Shown here piece by piece: positions 63,105-64,000 of a stretch of DNA of 64,000 nucleotides (position 1 is the first letter of the stretch; every line of letters starts with the position of its first letter). Source of the stretch: Candidatus Eiseniibacteriota bacterium. GTDB lineage: Bacteria; Eisenbacteria; RBG-16-71-46. A program made the translations under genes and the position numbers. The stretch spans positions 1-64,000 of the forward strand of contig CAVQXP010000003.1 of the NCBI GenBank assembly GCA_963717935.1. Direction: 5' to 3'. Under the pieces are notes generated by a model, which was not told the origin of the DNA, searched no databases, and was given only the letters and a program-made list of their open reading frames with translations.

Positions 63105-64000
63105 TCAACCGCGCGCCAGCCTCCGGTACTTGATGCGGTGCGGCTGGTCGGCCTCGCGGCCGAGCCGCTCGTGGCGGACCTTCTCGTAGTCGGCGTAGTT
63201 GCCCTCGAAGAACACGACCTGGCTGTCGCCCTCGAAGGCCAGCATGTGGGTGGCGATGCGGTCCAGGAACCAGCGGTCGTGGGAGATGACCACGACGCAG
63301 CCGGCGAACTCGATCAGCGCCTCCTCGAGCGCACGCAGCGTGTCCACGTCGAGGTCGTTGGTGGGCTCGTCCAGGAGCAGCACGTTGGCCCCGCTCTTGA
63401 GGATGCGCGCCAGGTGGACGCGGTTGCGCTCGCCGCCCGAGAGGTCCTTCACGCGCTTCTGCTGGTCGGCGCCCTTGAAGTTGAACGAGGCCACGTAGGA
63501 GCGCGAGTTCATCGAGCGCTTGCCCAGCTCGATCATGTCCTTCCCGTCGGAGATGGCCTCCCAGACGTTCGCGTCGGGCGGCAGCGCGTCGCGGCTCTGG
63601 TCCACGTAGGCCAGGCTCACGGTCTCGCCGATGCGCAGCGTGCCGGCGTCGGGCTTCTCCTGCCCGGTGATCATGCGGAAGAGCGTGGTCTTGCCGGCGC
63701 CGTTCGGGCCGATCACGCCGATGATGCCGGCGGGGGGGAGCTTGAACGACAGGTCCTCGATGAGCAGGTTGTCGCCGTAGCCCTTGCGCAGGTGCTCGGT
63801 CTCGATGACCACGGTGCCCAGGCGCGGCCCGGGCGGGATGTAGATCTCGATGTTCTCGAGCTTCTCGCGGCCGTCCTCGGCCAGCAGCTTCTCGTAGGCG
63901 GCGAGCCGCGCCTTGCCCTTGGCCTGCCGCGCGCGCGCGGCCATGTGCACCCACTCGAGCTCGCGCTGGAGCGTGCGCTGCCGTGCGCTCTCCTGCTTCT
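63105..64000 (-). CDS. ettA: ABC-F translational throttle EttA, 3' part (runs off the window)
   Basis: ELEWV...[51 protein letters not shown]. Confidence 0.93.
   Translation of the reverse strand, partial: KQESARQRTLQRELEWVHMAARARQAKGKARLAAYEKLLAEDGREKLENIEIYIPPGPRLGTVVIETEHLRKGYGDNLLIEDLSFKLPPAGIIGVIGPNGAGKTTLFRMITGQEKPDAGTLRIGETVSLAYVDQSRDALPPDANVWEAISDGKDMIELGKRSMNSRSYVASFNFKGADQQKRVKDLSGGERNRVHLARILKSGANVLLLDEPTNDLDVDTLRALEEALIEFAGCVVVISHDRWFLDRIATHMLAFEGDSQVVFFEGNYADYEKVRHERLGREADQPHRIKYRRLARG

Overview
The window looks like a composite of two sources. Bases 1-~3365 are AT-rich (roughly 35-40% GC by eye) and encode part of a type I-D CRISPR-Cas operon: cas10d split by one frameshift, with a probable internal cas11d start, and a truncated cas7d/csc2. 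At ~3366 this joins abruptly to the middle of rpoB from a high-GC (~70%) bacterium, most likely a chimeric read or contig. rpoB and the 5' part of rpoC (to ~7510) carry many frameshifts and stops consistent with sequencing noise. The rest is clean. It contains the str-S10-spc-alpha ribosomal cluster (11221-31238), a GHL10-type hydrolase, typA, a small islet (IS30 remnant and an unknown lipoprotein), a hybrid-kinase/two-response-regulator operon and tRNA-Asn. Further on are a hemerythrin-PAS protein, a probable PPi-dependent PFK, hypFCDE and hypAB in convergent blocks, an alkyltransferase-like protein, a PGAM5-like exported phosphatase, PBP1b, a KGG stress protein and a second hybrid kinase. 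The end holds two GT-C membrane proteins, ispG and a partial ettA. The strongest candidate for new biology is 55908-57854: a cytoplasmic ElsL-like YkuD domain fused to a MurC paralogue with an altered amino-acid pocket, possibly a single-chain peptidoglycan-recycling enzyme. A sharply bounded G-ending codon tract inside tuf is also notable. All calls come from reading motifs by eye; no searches were run.
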